A DNA stretch of 63,359 nt, counting the filler, from Octopus bimaculoides (taxonomy: Eukaryota): assembly GCF_001194135.2 (NCBI RefSeq). It is 5 parts of 4 records of this genome, joined end to end, with 100 filler letters (N's around TTAATTAATTAA, not from the genome) between each part and the next. Parts side by side here need not be neighbours in the genome. Positions count along the whole stretch, not along the records: positions 27,187 to 56,399 come from NC_068981.1; 4 more parts are not named here. The stretch is one strand, 5' to 3'. Each line of letters begins with the position of its first letter. Within the stretch, counting starts at the first letter, position 1. The notes beneath the pieces are model-generated. The model searched no databases. It saw nothing but the letters and a program-made list of their open reading frames with translations, and was not told the origin of the DNA. Below, piece after piece: positions 38,179-50,091 of the stretch. The position numbers and the translations under genes are program-made.

Positions 38179-38748
38179 CAGGCCTGGGCAAAAGTAGGTA
38201 TACAGTTGCTTAATATGAGTGGAATGTTGTCATTTCTCTCTTCTTTTATTTTACCTAAGCGATTCATAAGTCGACAAAGGGATCAGCGGGAGATGCCTAG
38301 TTCATTAGCAGCCCTCTTTTTCTATTTTGGGGGACTTTGAGCGAATGCTTGAGCCACAAGCATTTCATTTTCTTCGGTGTTAACATTGGTCGGTCGACAA
38401 CTTCTCTGTGCGTTGCAGATGGACCCAGTCTGCTCAACTTTGTCACGCATTTTCTGATCTGTTAATTTTGATGGAGCTGGTCTTCGAAATTTTTCGGTCC
38501 ATTTCTGTCTTACGACTTCTTCATTCTCTGTTTTCTGGTATTGCTTGATGATCCACTTCCGTCCATTGGTGGTCAAATTTCCAGTTATATAAAAAAATAT
38601 CTGAAATTAGGAATAACTATTTTATTATAGAAAGAAGCCGTTAGAAAGAACATAGAATCATAGAATTCTTATCCTAAAAATCAAATAGAGAACTGAAAAG
38701 AACATTCCACTGATATAAACCAACTGTATCCACTTTTTCCCACCCTTG
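38179..38748 (-). mobile_element. Internally deleted Tc1/mariner element (DUF4817-like HTH N-terminus) with both TIRs
   Basis: TA-flanked imperfect TIRs of about 50 bp (CAGGCCTGGGCAAAAGTAGGTATACAGTT vs CAAGGGTGGGAAAAAGTGGATACAGTT). ORF RKWIIKQYQKTEN...KFRRPAPS...KVEQTGSICNAQRSCRP. Confidence 0.85.
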
Positions 38749-39920
38749 TATATTACGTGTTGCTCTGCTAACAAACTGCAATGTGACCGTACATACTATG
38801 TGCAGCGAGTGTTTATTACTCAGGGTTGGTTAATGATTGATTATTGTTCAATTTATTATACCTGTCGTGCGTTTTTCTCCCAGCCTATAATATATTTCCA
38901 CCTGTCCACACCCTGGCCATTTTCATTATAATTCTAACCACGTCTTTACTCCCACTTAATTCTTTATATTTTCGACTACTTCTTGCTGATCATAATTCTT
39001 TGCAAAAGAATTACACTTCATTATAGTTGTGACGAGAGAATCACTGTACAATAATGTACACGAGCAAGTGTGAAAAATTAGCATCTTTAAAGAAACGATC
39101 CTTGAGATTAATTACTCTGAGAAAACAATAGCTAAGTTAGTGTTAACATATTTAACATGGAAAATCTAATTGGAAATAATTATGCAGTGAATTAAAGGCT
39201 ATTGTAATTAAACCACAAATATTAACTTAATCATTTGAGAAAGTACAGGAGACAACTATGACTATGATTGGGTCTTATTTGACATCATAAGCGAAAACTT
39301 CCGTGCACTTGCGGAAGTAGTTATGAGAAATCATTAAATAGATAAACAATAATGTGCACTTGTATGCGTAAAAACGAGCATGACAAAGTTGAGTTCAGTA
39401 AAAGATTGTTTAGTAAGTGACAGGCCTGTTGACAGCATGTCGTAATATTTTTTATTATTATGTGAAGTGTCATTCAAGGTTTTTGTTATAACTGAGAAGG
39501 TCAGTAAAAGAATACTTCGTTTGCGACATCAGCACTGCTGACCTCCAGATATCTGGGATTCTCTACAGAACGGGGCGAGAGATAAATACCAACATAAGAT
39601 ATTGCAACACAAAGAAGATATTTTCCATCAAAAACTATACGGGACCAACGGAGTGCTTCTACACTGGTGTTCGACTTGCAAGAAATAGCAACAGCCAAAT
39701 CTTAAATTCGCACCTTACCTTCTTAGAAAGGGGAAATACATATTAGGTACCGTATTTAGCAGTGAATAAGGTGCACAGTTTTTCTGGGGGTTTTCTCTTA
39801 TTGCTTTTTTTCTTTTTTTAATGATTAAGAAACTTGCCCTGTGTTTAATGCCGCCGTGTTAAAGATGGAAGTCTTGGTGAGCAGAAGTCCGCTCGGTACG
39901 ATAACTGTTTCTAATAACCC

Positions 39921-40356
39921 TTTCTTACTTTCGCACAAGGCCAACAAATCTGAAGGGCAGGGAACTCAATTTCATTGACTCCAATGTTCAACTGGTACTT
40001 ATTGTATCGACCCCAAAATGATGAAAGACAAAGTTGGCATCGGTAGAATTTGAACGCAAGACGGATGAAATGCCGCTAAGTCTTTTGCCTGACGCCTGAA
40101 CCATTCTGCCAGCTCACCGCCTTCATTGTTACTAATAACAAAATATTGATTTCAAATTTTAAGCACAAGGCCAGCAATTTCAAAGGAGGAGTGGAGTGGG
40201 GGCATGTCCATTACACTGATCCCAGTGCTCAATTGGAACTTACTTTATCGACCCTGAAAGGATAACAGGCAAAGTGGATCTCAGCGGAATTTGAGCGCAG
40301 AACGTAAAGACAGACGAAATGCCTCTAAGAATTTTGTCCGGCGTGCTAACGATTCT
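39921..40356 (-). mobile_element. Two tandem SINE-B copies
   Basis: Core motif present twice (about 39921-40122 and 40150-40356). Confidence 0.85.
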
Positions 40357-40368
40357 ACTACTACTATT

Positions 40369-40430
<62 letters not shown>

Positions 40431-41131
40431 TTGTGCTGGTGCTGGCGGCGGCAGTGGTGATGATTGGTGATGGTAGTGGTGACGGTGGTAATGAATGTTG
40501 TGATAGTAGTTGTGGTGATGGTAGTTGTCGTAGTACTGGTGGTGGCAGTAGTAGCAATAGCAGCAGCAGTAGCAGCAGCAGTAGTAGTAGTAGTAACAGT
40601 AGTACCCACACCAGCACGTGTTGAGTACTCTGACAGTTGTTTCACATCAGCCGCCCCGATTCTCAACCCTTCGTCACTTCCACCAACACCGCGGATGTTG
40701 CCGAAAAGAGCATACATCATCTTCACACTTATTCTAACCTTCACTACCACCGCCACCATGGCTACCACCACCATCACCACCACCAACAACAACAACAACA
40801 AGGCCGCCATATTGAAACCGATGCTTCATTTCCTGTTGTCAGGAGGTTAAGGTCTCGGCTAACGTACGCCTCCCCCTCCTCCACGATCTCTGAAAGCCAG
40901 ATACTTTACAAAAAAGACATTTTCACAAATAAAAGCGCTCACGCGAAAGTACGCTCATGTATACACACAAAAATACATACACGCGCAATTTCATTCACGT
41001 TTCGCGGGTTACACTAACGAATATGTTGGACACACTTTATACGCATGTGTGTTTGGTTCTGTATGTCTTTGAACATATATATGTATATATATATATGTGT
41101 GTATATAAGTCAACATATATATACATAATAC

Positions 41132-41164
<33 letters not shown>

Positions 41165-41322
41165 CACACCCACACACACAAAGACAACCACACACATGCT
41201 TTTACAAACACATTTGTATGTATGTATATATATATATATATACGTGTGTGTGTGTGTGTGTGAGCGGCGCGCGTACATATATTATTGTCTTTATTATTAT
41301 TATTATTAATATTATTATTGTT

Positions 41323-41514
41323 AAGGTGGCGAGCTGGCAGAAACGTTAGCACGCCGGGCGAAAATCTTAGCGGTATTTCGCCCGTCGCTACGTTCTGAGT
41401 TCAAATTCCACCGAGGTCGACTTTGCCTTTCATCCTTTCGGGGTCGATAAATTAAATATCAGTGAAATACCGAGGCCGATGTTTCAAGCCTTGTGCCTTT
41501 AGTAAAAAGGATTA

Positions 41515-41548
<34 letters not shown>

Positions 41549-41740
41549 CATCATCATCATTATTATTAGGCGGTGATCCGGCAGAATTGTTAGCACGCAG
41601 AATGCTTAACGGCATTTTGCCAGTTCTGAGTTCAAATTCCGCCGTGGTCGATTTTGCCTTTCATCTTTTCGGGTCAATAAAATGAGTATCAGTCGAACAC
41701 ACACCGGGGGCGATGTAATCTACTTTCTCCTCTCTTAAAA
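41323..41740 (+). mobile_element. Two tandem SINE-B copies separated by (ATT)/(ATC)n
   Basis: Heads at 41323 and 41568, each preceded by (TTA)n. Confidence 0.85.
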
Positions 41741-41751
41741 TNNNNNNNNNN

Positions 41752-41813
<62 letters not shown>

Positions 41814-42398
41814 GAGTGAAAGAGCAGTGCAGGCCATCAAAGTGATATTGGGATAAAATATACGAAGCCCAGTATATCCATCATGACTACCCGGCTGATA
41901 AGGGTACATCAGGCAGATGCATCACAACCATATATGCGTAACATGATCTCATATCATGACCATGCAGATGCAGACCAGTTAGAATTTTCTTAAATTCGAG
42001 TAGCCCGTCTTGCTCAAAAGGTCCCTGAATAAGGTTTGTTTAAGGATATTGAGCAAAACACCCATGTTTCCAAAGGTGAATTATCCAAACCCCAAAGAAT
42101 TCCTCTCACCACATGGCTGCTATGATAAACTCTTCTGTTTCTGATTTTAAGCCAGAAGCCACTAACCATTGATAGGTAAGGGCTTTGTCAACATCGGCAC
42201 TATTCGCTCTCTTTGGGTATTTGCCATTAGAGATGCACATATCGCCAGCCACCAAGGGACATGCTCAACTGGTTAAGGTCAAACAACTGACAAGCAAATC
42301 TGTGGTATTGAGCAGAATATTTGCAGTATCCCATCTTTTATACCATGACAAAGCAATGTACATGATAACACTTCCAATCAGTTAACATGAGAAACCAA
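41814..42398 (-). mobile_element. TAA-flanked non-coding element carrying a 114-bp captured LINE fragment at 42115-42228
   Basis: Homologous to 55050-55322 and 11315-11381; (TTA)n on both sides. Confidence 0.8.
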
Positions 42399-42399
42399 A

Positions 42400-42435
<36 letters not shown>

Positions 42436-42436
<1 letters not shown>

Positions 42437-43062
42437 TCTCTTTATCACAGATTTTTTCGGAGCTCCTGGAGTCTTGCCTACGGTACCATGCTATGCGTTC
42501 TTTTCAACTATATGATACTTAGAAAATTACTATTTTCAAATCTCACAACGTGAGATATTCAGCAACAGTACTTTGTAATAAAGATTGTCCGAAGACAGAA
42601 GGCCACAGATCGCGTCGTATAGCCAGCTGGAGACGATGTCTCCTGCGGCTAAATTACAGCAGCATTCGTCCTAAACCAGGACTGCCATGTTATGTTGGCA
42701 AATAATCTTTACTATCTTATACTTTCCTGATTATTCTGGCCGCGCCAAGGAGGCAAACGTTTTGTAACAGTTCTACTGAGCACTGTATTTCAATTTCCTT
42801 TATATTCTTCTTGATGTCTTCAGATACTGTCCCAAAGGACCCAACAATAATTGGCACCATCTTCACTTTCTTCATTTTCCATAGCCGGGCTATTTCGTAC
42901 TTAAGAGGGTTGTATCTATCTATCTTTTCGCCTTCCTTCAAAGGGGCATGCAACATCAACAATATAGCATATGTGGTGTACCTTGTCCACCACCAGTACA
43001 TCCAGTCTGTTATGCCTTAGCACCTGATCTATTTGGATTGGGAAATCTCAGAAGATTTTGCT
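42436..43062 (-). mobile_element. 5'-truncated R4/Dong-like LINE (RLE domain and 3' UTR) within (TAA)n
   Basis: WDFPIQIDQVLRHNRLDVLVVDK...IVDVACP / KIDRYNPLKYEIARLWKMKKVKMVPIIVGSFG...QNVCLLGAARIIRKV. PD-(D/E)xK-type RLE; TAA tracts on both flanks. Confidence 0.88.
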
Positions 43063-43071
43063 ATATTATTA

Positions 43072-43146
<75 letters not shown>

Positions 43147-43148
<2 letters not shown>

Positions 43149-43335
43149 GGATTGGTGCATAATTATTGCGGCTTTTTTTCAACAAATTTTATTCAACAAA
43201 AACAATAGCAATATTTAACAAAAACATCTTTAAATGACGGTCTGACCATCTGCCAAGCAAACGGGAAGCAGTAATTGAAGTAGATGGTGAATATGCTCCG
43301 GAATAATCATTTAAAGATGTTTTTGTTACATGTTG
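43147..43335 (+). mobile_element. Mariner-derived MITE-like remnant
   Basis: TA then ttggattggtgcataattattgcggc resembles the Hsmar1/MADE1 TIR. Internal DHLPSKREAVIEVDGEYAPE* is a mariner C-terminus. Perfect 22-bp inverted repeat at 43216-43237 / 43307-43328. Confidence 0.7.
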
Positions 43336-43352
43336 TTATTTCACTCTTGCAA

Positions 43353-43606
43353 AAGGCGTTTAGTCAAGCAAATCGACCCCAGGACTTATTCTTTGTAAGT
43401 TTAGTACTTATTCTATCGGTCTCTTTTGCCGAACCGCTAGATTACTGGGACGTAAACACAACAGCATCAGTTGTCAAGCGATGTTGTGGGGGACAAACAC
43501 AGACACACAAACATATACACACACACATACATACATATATATATATATACATATATACTACGGGCTTCTTTCAGTTTCTGTCTACCAAATCCACTCACAA
43601 GGGCTT
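43353..43606 (-). mobile_element. SINE-A partial copy
   Basis: Body and core match the other copies. Confidence 0.85.
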
Positions 43607-43786
43607 CGCTCAAATTTAAAGTATTTTGCCAATGTGAGAAGCAATATTGAATTCAAATAATTTATCAATTCCATGCATGGCTCTAGAATTCAAACTTAAT
43701 GTATTAATTCTGTATTTCTGAGGCGAGGAATTTATGTATACTGTTTATATTACTCGGATTGGTGTCCTCGTCTTAATTGTTACTTT

Positions 43787-43830
43787 GCACTACATTCCAG
43801 CTGTTGCACGCTCCAGCCTTCTTCAGGTGT
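43787..43830 (-). ncRNA. Decayed hammerhead motif related to family 1
   Basis: ACAC-CUGAAGA-A-GGCUG-[GAGCGUGCAA]-CAGCU-GGAAUGUA-GUGC; downstream agacgaggacac resembles the SINE-H tail. Confidence 0.55.
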
Positions 43831-45155
43831 CTTGTGTTGAATTCGGTTGCTGTATCAAAATCTCGAACACTTGCCGAAAATGTGTAGATTCTAATGATTA
43901 TCGCTTTAAATCTGACACATAAAAACTGCAATAATTTTTGCACCAACCTAATATTTCGACAGACGAGTAACCCGATAATCTTATCTTACGCTAGCGTTGT
44001 CTAAGGTCACATCTACTCTATTCAGAGATTTCTATTCCCCGTTGAATTTATTGTACCTAATATCTCTATCCCCTTTCTCTCTTTTGCTCTCTCATTTATT
44101 TTCTCTCCTATTTCGTCATTTATTTCTTTATATTTTATTCAGCCTCTCTGCCCCATATTCTGCACAAACACACGCTCACACATGCATATTCCCATACAAT
44201 GTACTTTTATGTGTGTTTTGCGCGTTTGTTTTGTGTGTGTGTGTGTGTGTGTGTTTGACTATGTTAAGCGTTAGAGAAAGAAATCTAGTTGTTGTTTCTT
44301 GGGACATCTAAAGTACCACCGTGAACACCCAATTTACCATTTTGTTTGCGTGGATCCCACAAATCTCATTGGGGCCCCGCCCCAGAACCACTGGTTTAGT
44401 TGAGTAAATCGACACCAGTAAATATATATTTTTTTTTTTGAAGTCTGATAGTTAATCTATCAGCAATTTTGTCAAATGGCTAGACTACGAGGATATAAAT
44501 AAGCCAGCATCGGTGTCAAGCGTAGGGGATACATACAGAACACACAGACTCGTATACACACATACACACACATATGCATATACACACACACACATGCACG
44601 CAGTCATACACACACCATACATATGCATATACGACAGCAGGCTTCCGAATAGTTTCCGTAAAATAAAAAAAAATGAAAATGGATAAAAAACGGAAAATCC
44701 AGAAATCCAGACCACTTCCGGTTCCAAGCTTGCCGGATATTTGATCCAGTTCTGTAGATAGATGGATGGATGGATGGATGGACGGACTGACGGACTGACG
44801 GACAGACAGATAGATAAATAGACAGAGCTCATACATACCGGCATATAACATCTTATATGTGAGTGTGTATGTGTGTGTATGTGTGTGTATGCAAATTTTT
44901 AAATGTAATGAATACTCAAGAACCACACCAGATTAAAAATATATATATATAACAAAACAAACGCTTGTGCGCATGCACACAAACATACGTCGCCACAAAT
45001 ACATAGAGCAAAGTCAAGACAACTTTAATGTTTCTCATTCAGGTGTGTGTATCTTATCAGATATTTCCGTGTGGGTGGCTCAGTGTTTATATATTCACGT
45101 ATTCACATCTGTTTAGTATATAAAGCGTATTTACGAATATCGGATATGACATTGA

Positions 45156-45229
<74 letters not shown>

Positions 45230-45984
45230 TTATCTATCTATCTATCTGTCTGTCTGTCTGTCTCTCCGTTTGTCTGTCTGTTTGTCTGTTTGTTTGTCTG
45301 TCTGTCTGTCTATCTTATAGGTCCATGTATATAATGTATGCGTGTATGTATACATGTAGCTATGTATGTTTATAGAGAACTATAGTACCAATGGTTATCA
45401 TTACTGGCGAATTGCTCGATTTTAAACCATAGGTACCATTTCGTTATTTTAGATTCCACACAGAAACACACACACACACACACATCCACACACACACACA
45501 TTCATTCACGCACATATGCATAGTGATTGAGTAGGTGTGCGTGTGCATGTCTTTGTGTGTGGTGGTTTTCGATTCGCTATCCAGTATGAGAACACTTTGC
45601 GCTCCCTTCCTGTTTTTCTCTTTTTTTTTTCCACAATAAAATTTAATGTATAGGTACATTTTGCGATCAAATTTTGTACCAGAACAAATAAATGCCCATG
45701 AGTTCTTGGAACTCCTAAAATGGCGACAATTTTTTAGGCCGGAAGTTTGCTTTAAGCAAGCCATATACATCTCAGACGATTGTAACAACTATGAAAAAAA
45801 CAATTAATGTTAATTTATTGATGCATTTGGGCAAGTTTATGTCTGTGTTATCAGACATTTGCAAAAGAAAAATGTTTTAAAAAATTCAAAACTCTGCAAA
45901 ATCCGGTAGAAATTCTTCATGGTTCAAAACGTTGCTTACTTTTTACTCAACCTGATAACCTCAAACTTTATCATGACAAACTCC

Positions 45985-46158
45985 TAAACCTTTGAGGGCG
46001 GTAAATCAACAACAAAACTAGTACTTATTTTGTCAACCCCAGAAGGATAAAAGGCAAAGTCGACCTCGGCAGTATTTGAAATTCAGAACGTAAAGACAGG
46101 TGAACTGTCGCTAAGCAGTTTGCCCGGCGTGCTAACGGTTCTTCCAACTCGCCGACTT
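45985..46158 (-). mobile_element. SINE-B copy
   Basis: Head and core motifs. Confidence 0.8.
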
Positions 46159-46438
46159 AGCTGTTACTCATGTATATATTTGACACTCAATATATTTGAA
46201 TTCAAAATACATCAAATTTTATCGTGACAAACATCTGTGTGGCCTCAGTGTTACACTCCTAAATGTTTGAGGCCGTTAAATGAATAAGAACAAAAATAAG
46301 AAAAGCAAGATGGCCAGACGAAAACAGCAGGCTTCAAGTAAGAGTATCTTACGCCTTGCATACAAATGTAAACGAGTGCATGCATATGTGCGCGCATATG
46401 TGTGTATTTATGTGTACGTATATGTGTGCATGTGTGTG

Positions 46439-46469
<31 letters not shown>

Positions 46470-46916
46470 NNNNNNNNNNNNNNNNNNNNNNNNNNNNNNN
46501 NNNNNNNNNNNNNNNNNNNNNNNNNNNNNNNNNNNNNNNNNNNNNNNNNNNNNNNNNNNNNNNNNNNNNNNNNNNNNNNNNNNNNNNNNNNNNNNNNNNN
46601 NNNNNNNNNNNNNNNNNNNNNNNNNNNNNNNNNNNNNNNNNNNNNNNNNNNNNNNNNNNNNNNNNNNNNNNNNNNNNNNNNNNNNNNNNNNNNNNNNNNN
46701 NNNNNNNNNNNNNNNNNNNNNNNNNNNNNNNNNNNNNNNNNNNNNNNNNNNNNNNNNNNNNNNNNNNNNNNNNNNNNNNNNNNNNNNNNNNNNNNNNNNN
46801 NNNNNNNNNNNNNNNNNNNNNNNNNNNNNNNNNNNNNNNNNNNNNNNNNNNNNNNNNNNNNNNNNNNNNNNNNNNNNNNNNNNNNNNNNNNNNNNNNNNN
46901 NNNNNNNNNNNNNNNN

Positions 46917-46980
<64 letters not shown>

Positions 46981-47195
46981 TACATGCACATGTATTCAGT
47001 TCTCGATGGCCGTTAAATTTCCTGAGCACATCCATCGTTTGACATTCTTTATTATTCATTCCACAGATTGTCCATAAATCACCTCAAGCCCAAGCAAGCT
47101 TGGTGAGGGGTTGCCGGTGCAGACGCCGACGACCCGCCCATGAAGCAAGTTGTATTGGGTTACATGCTAGAACTAGTTCTTAGGAGCAGTATGAT

Positions 47196-47263
<68 letters not shown>

Positions 47264-47339
47264 TCATGACAGAAGCCCAAACGCAAACCCGAAGTACGTA
47301 TAATACTACTACTGGATAGCACAGGGTGAAATCTGAAGG

Positions 47340-47548
47340 TGGAAAAGCTTTCAACTGTACTTTGCTACGTTCACCATGATAGATCGCTAGCCACTAAACC
47401 TTTTTTATTTTCTCTCCCTGTTTATTTCTGTGTTCCTTTCTGTCGAAGAGCGTAGGCTCGAAACGTAAAAGTCTTTCTCACTTCCCGAGCGTTAAACTAA
47501 TACATCTGTTTGTTGTTTACACACAGTCTTCGTCTTGCAAATTCTCAT
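47340..47548 (+). mobile_element. Penelope terminal-repeat fragment, family 2
   Basis: Colinear with the reverse complement of 27651-27870 and with 33150-33320. Confidence 0.8.
47436..47471 (+). ncRNA. Minimal hammerhead-like motif, family 2, best copy
   Basis: CUUU-CUGUCGA-A-GAGC-GUAG-GCUC-GAAACGUA-AAAG. 4-bp stems I and II, ACGU palindrome, GUA site; position 6 is U instead of A. Confidence 0.7.
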
Positions 47549-47709
47549 TATATATATATATATATNNNNNNNNNNNNNNNNNNNNNNNNNNNNNNNNNNN
47601 NNNNNNNNNNNNNNNNNNNNNNNNNNNNNNNNNNNNNNNNNNNNNNNNNNNNNNNNNNNNNNNNNNNNNNNNNNNNNNNNNNNNNNNNNNNNNNNNNNNN
47701 NNNNNNNNN

Positions 47710-47746
<37 letters not shown>

Positions 47747-48147
47747 ATAGATATATATGTATGTGTGCGTGAGTATTTATGTGTGTGTATACATATATAT
47801 TCACGCACGCACGCACACGCACACACACACACACACACACACATAGATATAAAAGCACACACATACACGTTGATGTTAAAGCAAGCTTAAGACTATCTAC
47901 AGGACACGTACTGAGAGCGAGAGTCAGGTAGCCTCAGTAGTGAAAGTGCAATCAAATTTTATTATAAAACTCTTTTTTATTGTACTTACTCCTCATCTGT
48001 ATGCGATTTGAGTGAGATTTGGTTGTTATTTCTGGCATGCCGAGCGACCAGGTCGATGCCCCTCCTTCTCACGCTATACAGCATGTTTGCTATGAATGCA
48101 TAAAAAAATATGGAGAACGAGATACATTTACCAAGCGTTTCCGTGTG

Positions 48148-48214
<67 letters not shown>

Positions 48215-48344
48215 ATACACATGTATATACGTGCATATATGTGTGTGTGTGTGTGTGCGTGTGTGTGAGTGTGTGTGTGTGTTTGTATGTATGAACGTAT
48301 GTATGTATGTATGTATGTATGTGTGTATGTGTGTATGTGTGTGT

Positions 48345-48389
<45 letters not shown>

Positions 48390-48458
48390 CAGACAGACGT
48401 AAAATTATGCTTCTGTGGTATTTGCCTGAGAGGAAATCTCTTCAGAGACATGTGTTAC

Positions 48459-48500
48459 ACGTTACTGACAAGCCCTAGAAGGTCGAAACGCGTCTAACGT
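48459..48500 (+). ncRNA. Minimal hammerhead motif, family 3
   Basis: ACGUUA-CUGACAA-GCCC-UAGAA-GGUC-GAAACGCGUC-UAACGU. 6-bp stem I, ACGCGU palindrome, GUC site. CUGACAA is the CpG-decay product of CUGACGA; one stem II mismatch. Confidence 0.7.
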
Positions 48501-48684
48501 TTCCATGTTGCGACGATGTTCGGTTTTGCCACGATATATATTTAGTTTTTAACACAACATAGCGATGAAGAGATTTTCTTTCAGACAAAACCACAGCAGC
48601 ATGCCTTTTTATGGTGTATGTATGTTTAGTGTAATGAAAGGTGATTATATTAATTTAATGATGTTTCCGTTGCAATCACCAAGT

Positions 48685-48754
<70 letters not shown>

Positions 48755-50040
48755 ATATCTATCAATCTGACACTAATTCATATATTTGTTTTCTTGTGAT
48801 TTGCCTTGCATTTACTTCGCGATGCTCCAGCCTTACCCACGATCCTTTATATAATATATATGAATATGTGTATGTGTGTGAGTGTTTTCAACCTAGAACA
48901 CTGTGCTTCGAGAAAATAGTTGTTGTGTATATATAGAAGTCTTGTAAAGCGAGTTCTGACAATTCCAATGCTATTAGTGGTGTGTTAATGAGAAAATGAT
49001 TGGGTTTACCAAAGCCACAATTATAGCAGATTCCACACAGGTGTACACTGCATATTTTGCGTTTTCGTGCAAATGGTATTTTTCATATGTACGTGTATGT
49101 GTTTGTGTGTTTGTGTGTGTATGTGTGTTAGTGTGTGTGTATACACATATCTTATACACATACTCACTCACAAACATACTTCGCGATTTTGGAAATATTT
49201 TACACATAAATACATATATACTCATATGCACACATATATACACACACACATATACATATACACTTATATATATATATGTATATATGCATATATATATATA
49301 TATATATATATANNNNNNNNNNNNNNNNNNNNNNNNNNNNNNNNNNNNNNNNNNNNNNNNNNNNNNNNNNNNNNNNNNNNNNNNNNNNNNNNNNNNNNNN
49401 NNNNNNNNNNNNNNNNNNNNNNNNNNNNNNNNNNNNNNNNNNNNNNNNNNNNNNNNNNNNNNNNNNNNNNNNNNNNNNNNNNNNNNNNNNNNNNNNNNNN
49501 NNNNNNNNNNNNNNNNNNNNNNNNNNNNNNNNNNNNNNNNNNNNNNNNNNNNNNNNNNNNNNNNNNNNNNNNNNNNNNNNNNNNNNNNNNNNNNNNNNNN
49601 NNNNNNNNNNNNNNNNNNNNNNNNNNNNNNNNNNNNNNNNNNNNNNNNNNNNNNNNNNNNNNNNNNNNNNNNNNNNNNNNNNNNNNNNNNNNNNNNNNNN
49701 NNNNNNNNNNNNNNNNNNNNNNNNNNNNNNNNNNNNNNNNNNNNNNNNNNNNNNNNNNNNNNNNNNNNNNNNNNNNNNNNNNNNNNNNNNNNNNNNNNNN
49801 NNNNNNNNNNNNNNNNNNNNNNNNNNNNNNNNNNNNNNNNNNNNNNNNNNNNNNNNNNNNNNNNNNNNNNNNNNNNNNNNNNNNNNNNNNNNNNNNNNNN
49901 NNNNNNNNNNNNNNNNNNNNNNNNNNNNNNNNNNNNNNNNNNNNNNNNNNNNNNNNNNNNNNNNNNNNNNNNNNNNNNNNNNNNNNNNNNNNNNNNNNNN
50001 NNNNNNNNNNNNNNNNNNNNNNNNNNNNNNNNNNNNNNNN

Positions 50041-50090
<50 letters not shown>

Positions 50091-50091
50091 T

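Noticed and set aside
37508-38850. Novel transposon with 157-bp TIRs and an 8-bp TSD-like word (ttttatta/atttatta)
   Set aside because: Penelope coding motifs continue inside the left arm, and the true mariner TIR pair is 38179/38748. A templated inverted copy explains it better; kept only as the alternative hypothesis.
45717-45746. YY1-like AAAATGGCG next to ETS-like CCGGAAGT
   Set aside because: Short motifs without other promoter evidence; the same YY1 word also occurs inside the Penelope remnant near 37912.
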